A DNA stretch of 64,000 bases. Origin: Amphiscolops sp. MND2022 (taxonomy: Eukaryota). The stretch lies in contig OZ076420.1 of the NCBI GenBank assembly GCA_964187785.1, positions 35,402,001 to 35,466,000 on the forward strand. Reading direction: 5' to 3'. Both the position numbers and the translations under genes were made by a program. Within the stretch, counting starts at the first letter, position 1. Each line of letters begins with the position of its first letter. Of the stretch, positions 34,786-47,264 are shown one piece after another. The notes under the pieces were generated by a model. The model was not told the origin of the DNA. It saw only the letters and a program-made list of their open reading frames with translations, and did no database searches.

Positions 34786-35924
34786 GTTCCACAAGGATCA
34801 GTGCTAGGCCCTTTTCTTTTTCTACTGTATATTAATGACCTAGACAATGCTTGCACCGAAAGTTCTTTAACAATGTTCGCGGACGACACGACAGTTATCA
34901 AAGCAGGTCGTAGAACTGATTCTCTTATCCGCAAAGATGTGAAAGTAATGACCCATTGGTTCGATGCTAACAAATTGACAATCAATGTCGATAAATGTGA
35001 AGCGATTCATTTTGGAAGGGGCATACCTGATGAAGTTCAGATCAAAGATAACCATTTACATTACAAACCCTGTTGCAAATATTTAGGTGTTTACATTGAT
35101 CCAACGCTGACTTTCAGAGACCACATAGATTATGTTGTGAAAAAACTGAATAAATTCTGCGGTTTAATTTACCACGTAAGGCATCTGTACCCTAAAAAAT
35201 GTTTGTTAATGTTTTACAACGCGTATGCTAAATCGATCATAACATATGGCTTATTAATTTACGGAGCCGCGGCCAAAACTAATCTATCTAGAATTGAGAG
35301 TGTACAAAGAAGAATTCTACGAGCTATTTTTTTCAGAAAACGACAAGATTCCTTGCAAGAAATACTTGCTGTGAACAAAATCAATACTGTCTACGAGCTT
35401 TTCTTGAACGAAGTGGTTTCTGAAGTTTTCAAAGAAATGAGATCTGATTCTCCATTGAAATTACTAGACTTTGAAAAATTGCCCAAGTCCAACACGACAA
35501 CAAGATGGAACTCCAAAGGAGTTTTCGCTCCAATTGCGTCTCGAACTGTAGTCAAGAAAAAATGTTTAGCAAATTCATTAATGAAAGCTTATAATTGGTT
35601 AACTGAATTGAACCTAATACCCCCTAACTTGCTAAATTTGAGCCAAGAGCAATTGAAAAAACATCTAAAACTTGTCAACGACCTATACATCACTGACAAT
35701 AAAGAACTTTTTTGTCTCTATTTTTGTGCCTAAAACATTTAACCGAGCAAGATAGCATGCAAGTTGGTGCTTCTATTATATGCAAAAAGGGCACTAGCTG
35801 GAAGAGCAATTATGCTCATCTGGTGTCCTAACTGGATAAATTGAATGATAAATAATTATTTGTATTATTTTGTTTCATGCTATCCAGTTAAATAAACTTC
35901 TTCTTCTTCTTCTTCTTCTTCTTC
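34786..35924 (+). mobile_element. 5'-truncated CR1/L2-group LINE (RT C-terminal half, 3' UTR stem-loop, AATAAA, (TTC)n tail) in an Eph intron
   Basis: VPQGSVLGPFLFLLYINDL, MFADDT and KYLGV in an open frame to 35733. GAGCA-ATTA-TGCTC hairpin in the 3' UTR. AATAAA at 35891 followed by (CTT)n to 35924. Confidence 0.93.
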
Positions 35925-36702
35925 AGCGTAGAAAACTTTCAGTATTGCCGATTTCTCTGTGAACTAAAAAAAACTTCCAGACATTTTATTCGCTTCATTT
36001 CCGCTTGGTGAAAAAGAACAGCGCAAAAATATTTTTGTCTCCACAACGGCACCTATCAAGGGACATTGTAACAAGATTTGATCACTTAAGTAGTTTTGTT
36101 GACCTGAACCAATTTCGAGTTTCTCATCAATTATGCTTTTAATAACTGCCTTTCATTTTTCTCGTTTTAGCATCAAACGACAAAATGCGAGACTTCTTCC
36201 GGTATTTTTTTCAAAACAATGATTGCTAATTTTTAATCCCGAGCCTGCGGGGTCCTATCGCAACCGACAGACATTTCTTTTTGATTTTCCCGCTTTATCT
36301 TTGGTCCTCTTTCGCCGCTTTGCGTCACCAAAAATAAAACAGTAAAAAATCAATCACTGCCGATTGCAAGGAGATCCAACTATATTTATGCTTGTACAGC
36401 ATAAAAACAGGCTGAATTGACTGATGTTTATTTACAAAAATAGCGTGATGTATATTGATAGCTTGTTTTTCCTCTGATTTTTGATAATCAATAAATATAA
36501 TGAGCTTCATCTGAATCGGAATATTTGAAGTGCATATTTTCACACATTGATTGCCGAATTATTCACGCGACTATTTTAAAATTCGTTTGCTTTTTAAAAA
36601 TCTTTCATGAATGTTGTGGAGATGCTCTATGCAAATATCAATTCTGTATTTGTATGATTTTGTATGGTGAAATATCGAGATCGGAAAAACTTCAGCTCCC
36701 AG

Positions 36703-37024
36703 GGTACTCCTGACTAAGTGTGGCCCCAGGCGATTTCTCCTTACAAGGTGTGGTCCCTATTTTTAAGTGTGGTCTCTGCATAGTTTGTCGGAATTTTTAT
36801 TGTTACGTCGTCAACTATATTCACATACCCCTAGTGCCCTAATTGCATGAGCGAAGCGAAGCGGAGCGACGTGCCATATGGCCATGTCTCAATGTTGCTA
36901 CTTGGCGAAGGGAGCGAAGCAAAGCCATACAACAAATATGCTAACCTCTTCTAGGGACCACACTTAGTTCGTTTTCAGGCCGGCTGCATAAATTTTGTAG
37001 GCACCACACTTAGTCAGGAGTATC
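36703..37024. mobile_element. 322-bp MITE with 21-bp TIRs and 8-bp TSD (Merlin-like)
   Basis: TIR G(G/A)TACTCCTGACTAAGTGTGG at both ends (1 mismatch); GCTCCCAG duplicated at 36695-36702 and 37025-37032. GG-start TIRs with an 8-bp TSD fit Merlin/IS1016 (family call is inference). Confidence 0.88.
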
Positions 37025-40000
37025 GCTCCCAGAATTATTCAGTTTTTTCTAAATGCAATTGGCGAATGGGGAAAAATTCTGTACTTATATGACCTCAGGT
37101 CATTGCCCGCAAGTTTTTCTTACATTTTAAAAGCATAAATTGTTCAATCCCTTCTTTATCATTCGTACATGTATGCGTGGTTTTGTATTGTATCTGAGTG
37201 TGTTTGTTTAAATGTAACGTTTTTGCTACTTTTATAAATAATATAGCGTTTGACAGGCTATTATGTTTTTGAAAAAGTACAAGATCTATTGAAAAAGAGC
37301 AAATGTGGCGCAGAATTGGTGACAATTGATCACGTTTCGCAGCGCAACAAGCTGTGAAATGTCAGACGCAATTCAAGTGACGCATTTTGAGTGCGAACGC
37401 TTTTTGAACATCTCACCCGCAAAGTTCTTCAGGTGCCAGAAGAATGCCAATTACGCATCCGAAGTGTCAAAAGTCCAGTCAACAACTTATTCAATGTTCA
37501 CACAAACTTTTAGGAACAATCATTTTTGCTTGAAAGCTAATTTTGTTCACAAATTGTTCAGAATTTGTTCACAAGTGTATTTTCAACAAGCAAGCATTTT
37601 TAGGCTGCCGGACAATAAGAATATACAATGTACTGTGTACATGTCTGAATTTAACCTTGTCTGTACTGAATCAGCAAGCTGACATCAAGTAAACCTGAAG
37701 GAAGTTAAGAAGACAACTTTTTTTTTCACCAAAGACCTGGTTTTTTAACTATAGCTTGCCCTTGCAGTTGCAAAAGGGCAAAAATTGATCAATAGATTTG
37801 AGACAAAGATGTAAAATTGGGCAAGAGCTCTTGAAAATTACTATTCTTCTAACAGTACTTGAAATTTGCGTTGCGATTTGACGCCTTGAAATATTCCGGG
37901 CAATGAAATTGAATTAAAGCCCAAGTGGTCCCAGCTTTTGTATGTGACTGATCATTATAACATTTTCAGTTAATTATATTGTGAAGAAGACCTTTTCAAG
38001 AATACTACTTTCCAACAAGAAAACCGCTTAGTTCAAATAGATTTTTGAGAAATTAAATTGCTTGTAATGTCCTGGGAGATTTCCCAGGTAAAGGACTAAA
38101 CGCTTAAGTTTGCATAAATTTCTGTAAAAGCGAAGAAACACGAGGACTCTTTTCAGCGAACCTCATTTAATTAAATCTGTGATTTTAAATGAATATCAGT
38201 GAATAGAAATTGTTTGAAAATTTTAATAATAGGTGCTTTCAAGTTCCCAGAGAAAGGTTTGATTTATTGATAAGTTTTTTATGTGCATACAAAGCAATCT
38301 GTACCATCTCCAGTTTTATGAACTTCAAGATTTCTTGTTTCCATCAATCCTCAATTATTGTGTTTTTTTTTGGTTTGTCAGAATTTCCTGATTGCTAGGA
38401 AAGGTGGCACATATTTCATCTTTTACGAATACACCTGGAACTTTCACTGCAATAAAATGAAAATGGTCTCCTCTAAATTCATACTAAAAATTTAAGCTAC
38501 CTGAAATTCATTTCTCAAAAATGCCCCATTGTTCGCTCGCGTTGCCTTTAGAATTTATGAGAATGGAATTTTTGGTCTTTGATCCGGTTTTTGTCCTGCG
38601 AAAGGGTCTTAGACAGGTACTTGTACGTTAATTCATTTGTTTATTCATGTAAAGAGCTGCGGATTGGGAAAGCTGTTGAAAAAAGCCTGTTTTAACGATC
38701 GTTTGAATGACATTTTCGAGATGGTTTAATAGAAATCTAAAATCTATTAATTTTACATGATCGTGCCTGTCACAAGCCACTCATATGTTAAATTCCTTAG
38801 CTCTCCAGACTCGCAAAATCTGCTTAATATTCCATCTTGCAACCATACGCAAGTATGTGCAACTACTTTTAGTCCTGTGAGATAAGGTAACCGTGTAAAA
38901 CGTCAACGTGAACTAGAAAATTCAATTTAAATTACCTGTCTCATCTAATTTGCCCATTTTACCGTAAATCTGCTTTTTGTCTTCGAATTTGTCCTGATTC
39001 ATTCACTGCCAATTTTGAGCTCGTTCGTCCGTTTCCTTCCAATCTCTTTCATGTCATGATGAAAAAGTTCATGATTGCGAAATTTGATTAAAAACAGCTC
39101 GCCCGGAATCAGATTTTTATACCCTTTCACAGATTTTAACGAGTTTATTAAAATCCTTCATTCGAATGACGTTTTGGTCTTTCATAGCATGCTGATTCAA
39201 TATTTGACTTTTTCAAGTTTAATTTTTGCGTCTTTTCAGCTACAAACCGGGACTTTTTTATAGGTGAGGATAGATTTTAAAAGATCAAACACTTCGAAGT
39301 TACAAAAATAGCCTCTCGCGACTATCTTGAAATATAAATAACAAAAAAGCTGTTTCAATTGTGAGTCTTTGTACTGATATTGTCAAATTTAGTTCTCACA
39401 CAATTTTTTGTTTGAAAACAACGAACTTCATAGACAGGTACTTTATGTGAGCCATTTAAATCAGTTTATCTGAGCCATCTAAAGAAAGCGCTTTGCGTGT
39501 GTACAACACAGCCGGGTTAACTGATTGTAAATTATTTCATAAAATTGTCGTCAGTTTCGGAAGAATTGCTAATGGATATTTCCTTTCCTTTCCTCTAAAA
39601 ATCTTTATTGTTTTCATCTCAAATCCCATTCGCGCTATTCACGTTCTATCGGTTATGAAGCTAAACGGGGCTTAAAGGCAAAGAAATTAATCCCTGCGCG
39701 CATATAAACTAAACATGGGAATGTAAGGTTGCTAAAATTGAACACTCATGCTGGGATTTAGTGAAATTTGGTGGTCTCAAATTGGGCAAATTAGATTTAT
39801 GTTTATCGATGGCGCTAAGCGGCTGTTTGATCACTGAACAATAATTACTGCAATCCAATAACACGTACGTCTTCTTCCGAATAAAAAGCTCCAGAAAAAG
39901 CAAAAGAATTCACAAAGCGTTCACACGCACCAGTGGCGCTGTAGGGTTCTACGGTTCAATGCATTTTCAGCCCCTTTTAGCTTGGGAAAGCCACCAAAGG

Positions 40001-40883
40001 TATCCTTAGCAGGACATAACTAGAAATGGACATGTTATCTTTAACAGCTCCACGGCGACGCGGCTCATTTTGTAAATTCACTGCTCTTTATTTCAAAGGC
40101 ACTCCGATCACAATTGTTTAGCTCTAATCAAAGACCTAATAATGTATTTTTAGAGATACTACGTAAAAACAAATTGCACTTGAAAAGGAGCTTCCTTTAA
40201 ATTGAAATCGCGCATCTACCGATTCTCATTGTGCTTTTGATGTAATTAAAGGTGACTATAAAAGGGGTCATGATTCACTGGTTTTTGTCAAGCTCGAAGC
40301 TTTTCCGAAAAATAAAATATCATGGAGGGAAAAACCATTATTTTGTACAAATTGATTTGCAAAAAACAAACATGGTTAAATGTAGTTTCATTTAACTCTT
40401 AGAAGCTTCCTTGATTAATGTTTGTTTCAAAACTTTAACATCAAATTGAATGGTTTAAACCATACTTAAAATGTGAAACACTGTAAATCTTCATTATTTG
40501 AATGCATTTGAGACGTTATGTAATCGCTAAGCTTGGTTTCAAGCAATTGAATGATTTTGATTCTTCTCATTTTCGTTTCCAGTGTGCAAATTCTTGCATT
40601 TTCGTGAAACCCGTGATAAGAATCTTGGCAAAGAAGATTTTTATCAAGAGCGCCAAGAATATATGTACGATCTTGCAAGAGCTTTACAAGACAAACGTGA
40701 ATGAAAAACAAAAACCGTCGCCAACTGCGGTGAATCTTTTATACCGCCACAGCCGTTCACGCTACCAATCATACTACTGAATTTCAATACTTTGTGTATA
40801 GCAACCTTGAAACAAACTAAAACCAACACTTGCGGGAAGCCACCGAAAAATTCCTCAAATATCATGGAACAGTTTTTTTTCAG

Positions 40884-41133
40884 TTACAAACAACTCGAAT
40901 GTTCCGCGCAACCCAATGCTGTTTCTGGTTGCGACAACACCTTGTCAGTGAAGTACGGCTTCTCAGACCGACCTCAACCCCCCTTGAAACCCTCTGACTC
41001 TTTGACCTCCGACCTGACCCTTCTGGACCACCAGGGACCCCTCCTAAACTCCTGGGACGAGTCCAAGTTCGGGTGGCTTGTTGAGTCCACACTCAACGTG
41101 CAAGACCGCTCCGGTCTTTTTCTGGCCTTCCAG
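40884..41133 (+). CDS. Eph: Eph receptor exon (LBD): YKQLEC...SGCDNTLSVKYGFSD...GLFLAFQ
   Basis: TTTTTCAG| ... CAG|GTACGT, phase 2 to 0; matches FTLRDC...TCKETF.LYY.ESD and GFYLAFQ. Confidence 0.92.
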
Positions 41134-41382
41134 GTACGTTTTTTTTAATTTTCAAAAATTAACAGAGAACAAAAATGGCGATAAAACACAGAAAAGTAAT
41201 AACGCATTTGCTGACTTGCAGTTTACATTTCTGTTTATTGTTGTGATTCTTTTCATGAATTTTTTTTCGCAACTTCTCCGATTGGAGCCCATTTTCGGTA
41301 TCAAAATTTTTGGATGATGTCAAAACCAACGTCTGTAGCATTCAAGAGAGAGCATTTTCTTTCAAAAAACCTGCGTTTCCAG

Positions 41383-41668
41383 GACAAAGGTTCCTGTTCA
41401 ATGCTGCTTGCTATCAACATATACCACTATGTTTGCCCGAAGCAAGTTTTGGGTTTGGCCTGGTTCCCGAAAACGGCCATGGGAGCCAGCGGGTCCAAAA
41501 AACGAGTAGAAGCATTCCACTGTATAGAGCATGCATCCACTAGTAGCGAGAGCGATAAACCCGAAGCCTATTGCAAAAACGGGGATTGGGAATCGAATAG
41601 GTACTTGACCTTTCTCTGCGAATGTGACCCCGGGTACACCCCGAACAGGGAGAACACGATGTGTCTGC
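41383..41668 (+). CDS. Eph: Eph receptor exon (LBD end plus sushi/Cys-rich region): DKGSCSMLLAINIYHYVCP...CECDPGY
   Basis: TTTCCAG| ... C|GTAAGT, phase 0 to 1; matches D.GAC..L.SV.VYY..CP...LA.FP.T. Confidence 0.93.
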
Positions 41669-44600
41669 GTAAGTATTTTCGATTTTTTTTTGATTCAATG
41701 AATTGTATGTTGCCTTTCAGACCCCTGCTCTCAACTTCCAAATTTATTTTCGTAAGTTCAAAAGGTTAATTACAAAATTTAATCGAGCAATAGATTTTTC
41801 ACCGCTGCAAAAATCCACTTTTATTCTACTACATACGGTAGTTTCCAAACCGGAAAATAAAATAAATTTATAGCCTGAGAGATAACTCCATTTTAGCATT
41901 TTTCCATGGGATTTGTGTTATGAAAAACAACTGTTTATACGCTTTCCGTTTTTATCTCATTTTAATGCTAAATTAGACTAATTTAGAATCGATATATAAC
42001 TCATTAATGTCATTTGGGAATTATGTTTTCAAACAGTTGAATTTTATAATAGATGTTGAAAATGTATTCTACTTGTTTATAAACATTTTAATGGCGTCAA
42101 AAAGTTTTCATCACACTAAGCATAAATTTATTGCTTCCACGCTATTGTATTCATATAAATTCAAAATTATGAATTTTCCTCTTTGATCTCAATTTTTGGG
42201 AATTTTAATTAGCGCAAAATTTCTGGAACCTTTAAAAAATGTTTGAAGTACAATTGATTGATTACTGTTCAATCGAAGTTTAATATTATTTATCGCTTTT
42301 GAAAAGTCAGAAAATTTCCCTAATTTCAATATCCTGGCGTCGATTAATGAGGTTCTTGAGAAATTGAAAGATTTATTGATGAATTTTGTCTGCCATCTTT
42401 TATTAGAGTCCTTGTTTATTTGCATTAAAAAGGGAAACATCGGAAGACTTGATGAATTTAGGCGATGGCTAGCCTATGTAACAATGCCCGTTCATTGTGA
42501 TGTTGAGAGTGTTCGCAGTGATGTTGAGAGAAACGCCGTTTGAATATTCACTGTAAATTACGTTCTTATTAGCGCATTTTCACCATCCCTCTTTCTTCTC
42601 GTGAGCCGGGGATAGCAGTTTTGGTTGGAACGTTTAAAACTCTTTTTTAAGATATCAAAGATATTTTTCCCAGGAACTTCCATAGTAGTTCTTTTGAACT
42701 TTTTATGAATTAGGTCCAAAAGTCTGTTTATGCTAAGTTGACCTCAAAATGAATGAATTTTCTTGTATAAAAGTTTTGCAAACTGTGTATAGCTGTGTGC
42801 TGTAACTGAATATACAGAATGTACATTTTTTCCCTTTGTGACGACTTCTAGACGAGAAGTTGAACGAATTTTAATTTTTTATAACTTTCCCATTGAAAAT
42901 GTATGGAAACTGCGCTCGAGTAAACAAACTAATTAATGTACCCGTATAGGAACCATCTGATAAAAATTAACTTTATGTATTGGAAAATATCTTCACAAGA
43001 AACATCTGTTCTATTTCATTTTCGCGTGCAGATGAAATTGTGGGAACTTTTAGAGTCTGAAAGCAAACTCATTTGGATAAAAGCATGTGCATTTGTGCTC
43101 TCAACTGAATTCGGACGCCAATTTCTCAATTCTCCTCAGAGTTTTCCAAACTGGAAATGAAAATTTAAATGGAAACAATTGATAACAATTCGCAAAATAA
43201 TTGAGGAATTTGTTCATGTTTACATTCGCTCGAAGCTAAAAAAAGTGTGAAAAAATCTGACTCAAATATTATTCCACAAAATTTGTTCATTCCAAACGAC
43301 GGAAAATTTAACCATTCCATTCATAACCGGAAATGATAACTTCCAAATATAGTCATTCGAACACAAGTTTGAACACAGAAATCAGTTTAGCCTTCTCAAA
43401 TATATGAGACTATATTCCACTTTCTGATAAATTGACTCTCTACTGATCTAATGGGAGGGCCAGGCGGGGAAAGTTCACGGCTCTTGGTCTGAAAAGTTCA
43501 TGTCTGAAGAGATAATCTTTTAGACTGGAGTTAAAATCGATAGCTAAGACGATGTAACGCGTTCCCTTTATCTAGATTTAGATTGTAGTAAAAGTTCTCT
43601 AAACGCAAGAGTGTAAATTCAATGATAATTCTAATCCTGACTATTCATTCTCTAATTCTGCTCTATTTTAAAGCTTTTTGTCAGAGGTGAATAAAATTGA
43701 AGACCATTCAATTGCGAGAGCCTCTTGGATTGAAAGACGCCAGCCATCAAAATTGAGCATCTAATCTGCCACCAAATGCATTAACGTTCCAGCGTTAATT
43801 CAGCCCACTTTTAATCATGGATCTCAATTGCTCTGCTGTTGTTATCTTTATTTCCCAGTTTTTATTCAACCTTTTTCTGGCTCTCCGTGACACTAGGGCT
43901 GTAACTCAACGCGATGACATGAATGACCGTATTTTCAGACTTTTTTTTCAATCCCGGTGAATTCTTCTGCTTTTCAATTTCCTTCTTTTCACAAATGTCA
44001 ATTATTCCGTTTTTAATTACATTTAACGTCTGCCAGTTTTTGTAAGGAAATTTCCTGTCTAGAACTGACTACTTCAAGAGCCTCTAGAGTCGACAAGCCA
44101 TTCATGCCATTTCAATGCTGGACATTAGGAAATTAATGCAAATTAAGGAAGCACTGGTATATACATGTAGAATAAGCGTCACTAGTGCACACACTAACGA
44201 ATATTAATGGAAAATTTTAAAATATATAAATGCTAAAACTAGGAGTTTTCATGACCTATAATGCTTCTTTTGATGTATAATCATTAGTTATCATAAGTGT
44301 GGTTTTAATAAAACTTGTAATTTGTTCAGCTTGTTTTTCACATTGCAACCAGGGAAAACTCAATAGTTTTTAATTGGCTAAAAGCTGTAACGAATTTATT
44401 TTGCTCAGCTGAATTAGACCAGGGTTTAAGTTTTATGGATTTGAGAAAATGAGTTTGATTCCGGTTTAATAGTCCTAGGATAAGCTTCACCCGTTGACCT
44501 CATTTCGCCCGCTCTGCTTTCAAGAAGCTTCGCTGATTAAGTTAAGCTGAGTGGACCTTCATTCAGACCAGAATTGGTTCGAATATGTAGAATCTATAGA

Positions 44601-45446
44601 ATTTGGACACAGTAACTGTAAAGGTTTGTGAAATTCAAAAGCGGGTTGCTCTAATAGAAATGCTTACATTGAAGTATTTGTTGTGCTTACAAAGAGAGGA
44701 ATCTTCTTATTCCTCCTCAAGTAAAGGCTGCGTTTGGTCTGTGTTTGGAAACGCAGAGGCTTAAACTCATCGATGTTTACATACTACTATGCTTATTTAT
44801 CTTACTGTGGTTACATAAACTTACATACTGGGAAGAATTGAGGAACCCCTGCTTGTAGCACCCCAAACATGCCCCCCCCCCGAATCCTGGAATCCTCCCC
44901 TGTAGGATATAATGGCACGTGACCAAAACTCTTACACAACGCCTTTGAGTGATTCTTTACTCTTAAACTCAGGTCTTCCTTCTGTCTCTCAGTAGGTAGT
45001 CGTCTCCAAGTCTGTTTTCTGTTGCTAGTCTTAATGTCTTTATTTATAAAATCTTGAGTAATGCTCTGTTTAAATACACAAGACTCCACACGATTGTTTG
45101 TACCTTAGTGTGAAAAATGACACAAAATATCTCATTTGTAAGAAACACAATCCACAGGAAGCAACATTTTCAAAACCAATACTCCACATTCTTCAACTCA
45201 CTGATAAATATTCATCAATAAGTTGGACCGCATTTCAAATCTAATATTTACATACAAAACGTACATATATATGCATATTCATGTATTCAGGATCTCAACA
45301 TATGCATGAATTCTTCAACTGTCGATCATGTATATTAATATATCTGATAATACATGTATATATTATATCTAATATGTATATACCCAAAGGATTCCTACTG
45401 GGAAAAGCAAAAACCCTGCAAGTGTGATGAAATTTTTCATTTTTAG

Positions 45447-45624
45447 CATGTTCTGTAACAAAGTACAAAAGTCGTCGAGGTAACATGGACTGCAAACCCT
45501 GTCCGGCTAACAGCATTTCCCCGCTAGAGGGCTCCTCAAGTTGTCGATGCAGTTCTAACTTCCACAGAGCCGTCAATGATTCACTTGATACACCCTGCCA
45601 AGCGCCCCCACCGAAACCCATCTT
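45447..45624 (+). CDS. Eph: Eph receptor exon (EGF-like Cys-rich region): PCSVTKYKSRRGNMDCKPCPANS...CRC...PCQAPP
   Basis: TTTTTAG| ... TT|GTAAGT, phase 1 to 2; canonical Eph C..G.YK...G...C..CP.HS....G...C.C...RA..D....PCT.PP pattern. Absent from the ORF track in this frame. Confidence 0.92.
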
Positions 45625-47001
45625 GTAAGTATCCCTACCTTCCTTCCCTATTTCCCGCCTTTTTCCTGGCATTGCACTTCAAGTGCCCCCAATGTACCGG
45701 CTCAAGTACCGGCACCCCTCCAAAAAATGAACTGCGCCATGTCCTGCCTTTGATGGAAACTGGAAGTACTAGAGAAAAATCAATTTTCCCATATTTGTCG
45801 AATTCCTTATTCTTTTTCCTTGTGTGAGAAAAAGATATGAGGCATGGAACACTTCCTGCATTCAAAATTAGAATTAAATTTGAAAGAAAAATCTGAATAT
45901 CATGGAAAATGACCAACAATGACTCATCTTAGTCTGGTTTCTCGAGTTTTTTCCAAGTTTCCAAGATAATCTTTTATGGATTTAGGCATTAATTTCCCAA
46001 ATTAAGTTCCCTAGGCGTTGGATAAGAAGATCATAGCAATGATGTCCATTGCTTTTATCCTGGAAATCGATTTAATGTTGTAGCGCCATAGAGTATGTGA
46101 ACTTTAATCGGGCATATTGTAGCCAAATTTCACACCTGATGTCTTTGGCAACCATCCGTCCGTTCACAACACACGCTTTCTTTGCTGAACAAGCCATTAC
46201 TGACCATGGTACTGCAATAGAAAATAGGGGGCGGGGACTTAGTGAATTTCTAGATATTCTTTTTCCCAGAAAAATCGAAAAAAAATCGTTTGGCGACAGA
46301 GCAGCGAAAAACGTGGGCGAAATTTTTGTGGGTGAAACGCACCCTTGTGACCCTTTTATTGTCTGAGTTCCATCTCTTGTTTGGTCGATGAAGATCTGAT
46401 TAAATCAATGAATGCTTCAATAATTGTTTTGGCAATCGTTGTTTGAGCATTTCATAAAAATTCCGAAATTCGTTAAAACTTTCAAGACAAGAAGGAACTT
46501 TTGGCAGTCATAAAACAACGCTAAGTAGCTAGAAAAGGACTTTCAAACAATTTATAATGAAAAACAGAATAAAACAATAATAAGTACTTGTATCATGATG
46601 CTATACGTATTTCACATTGAATAGACTTCACTCAATACCAATCAAGATCCACTCAGTTTTTAAAAGTTGTGTTATTCAATCAATTACAAGATAGATATCG
46701 AGCCTCAAAGTAATGATTTGAATTGTTCAAGCTTGACAAATTCGAAGAGTACTTTTGCACCAAGTGTTTTTTTCATAACGTATCTCGCTTGTTGTAGAAA
46801 TGACGTATAACTCTAAATTTCTATACTTTTGCACATTCAATTGAAGAAAAAACATGAAGATCTCCCATGAATTTTCTGAAAAAAAATGAAATGAATGGAG
46901 AAAATTGGTTGCGTTTGCGCTTTTAATGAGATCTATATTGGGATAAAAACTCGTTTTTTGGAGGTTTGAACTTGGAACTAATTTTTGTTCTACTTTTGCA
47001 G

Positions 47002-47264
47002 GAAGTCGACAGAAGTTCAAAATACTGACGTCACTATAAAATGGGGAACTGACCCTTTGGGTGAACCCGTTGGGTGGTACACAGTGCAGTGCATTCAATG
47101 TGTGAACAAGGTCATCAAAGTGTCCGGAGCCGAAGAGGTCACGCTGCGCAATCTGGATCCAGTCACAGAATACACAATCCAGATATTCTCAGAGAATTAT
47201 CTCACCGACGGCCAGAGAAACATTGCAAACTTCGCCGAAACAAAGTTCACTACAAAAACACCTC
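47002..47264 (+). CDS. Eph: Eph receptor exon (FN3 domain 1)
   Basis: TTTTGCAG| ... C|GTTAGT, phase 2 to 1; VTIKW...YTVQCIQC...VTLRNLDPVTEYTIQIFSEN. Confidence 0.92.

Noticed and set aside
40792-40883. Upstream extension of the Eph LBD exon given by the ORF track
   Set aside because: It is intronic: a clear acceptor at 40882-40883 joins in phase 2 to the exon ending at 33666.
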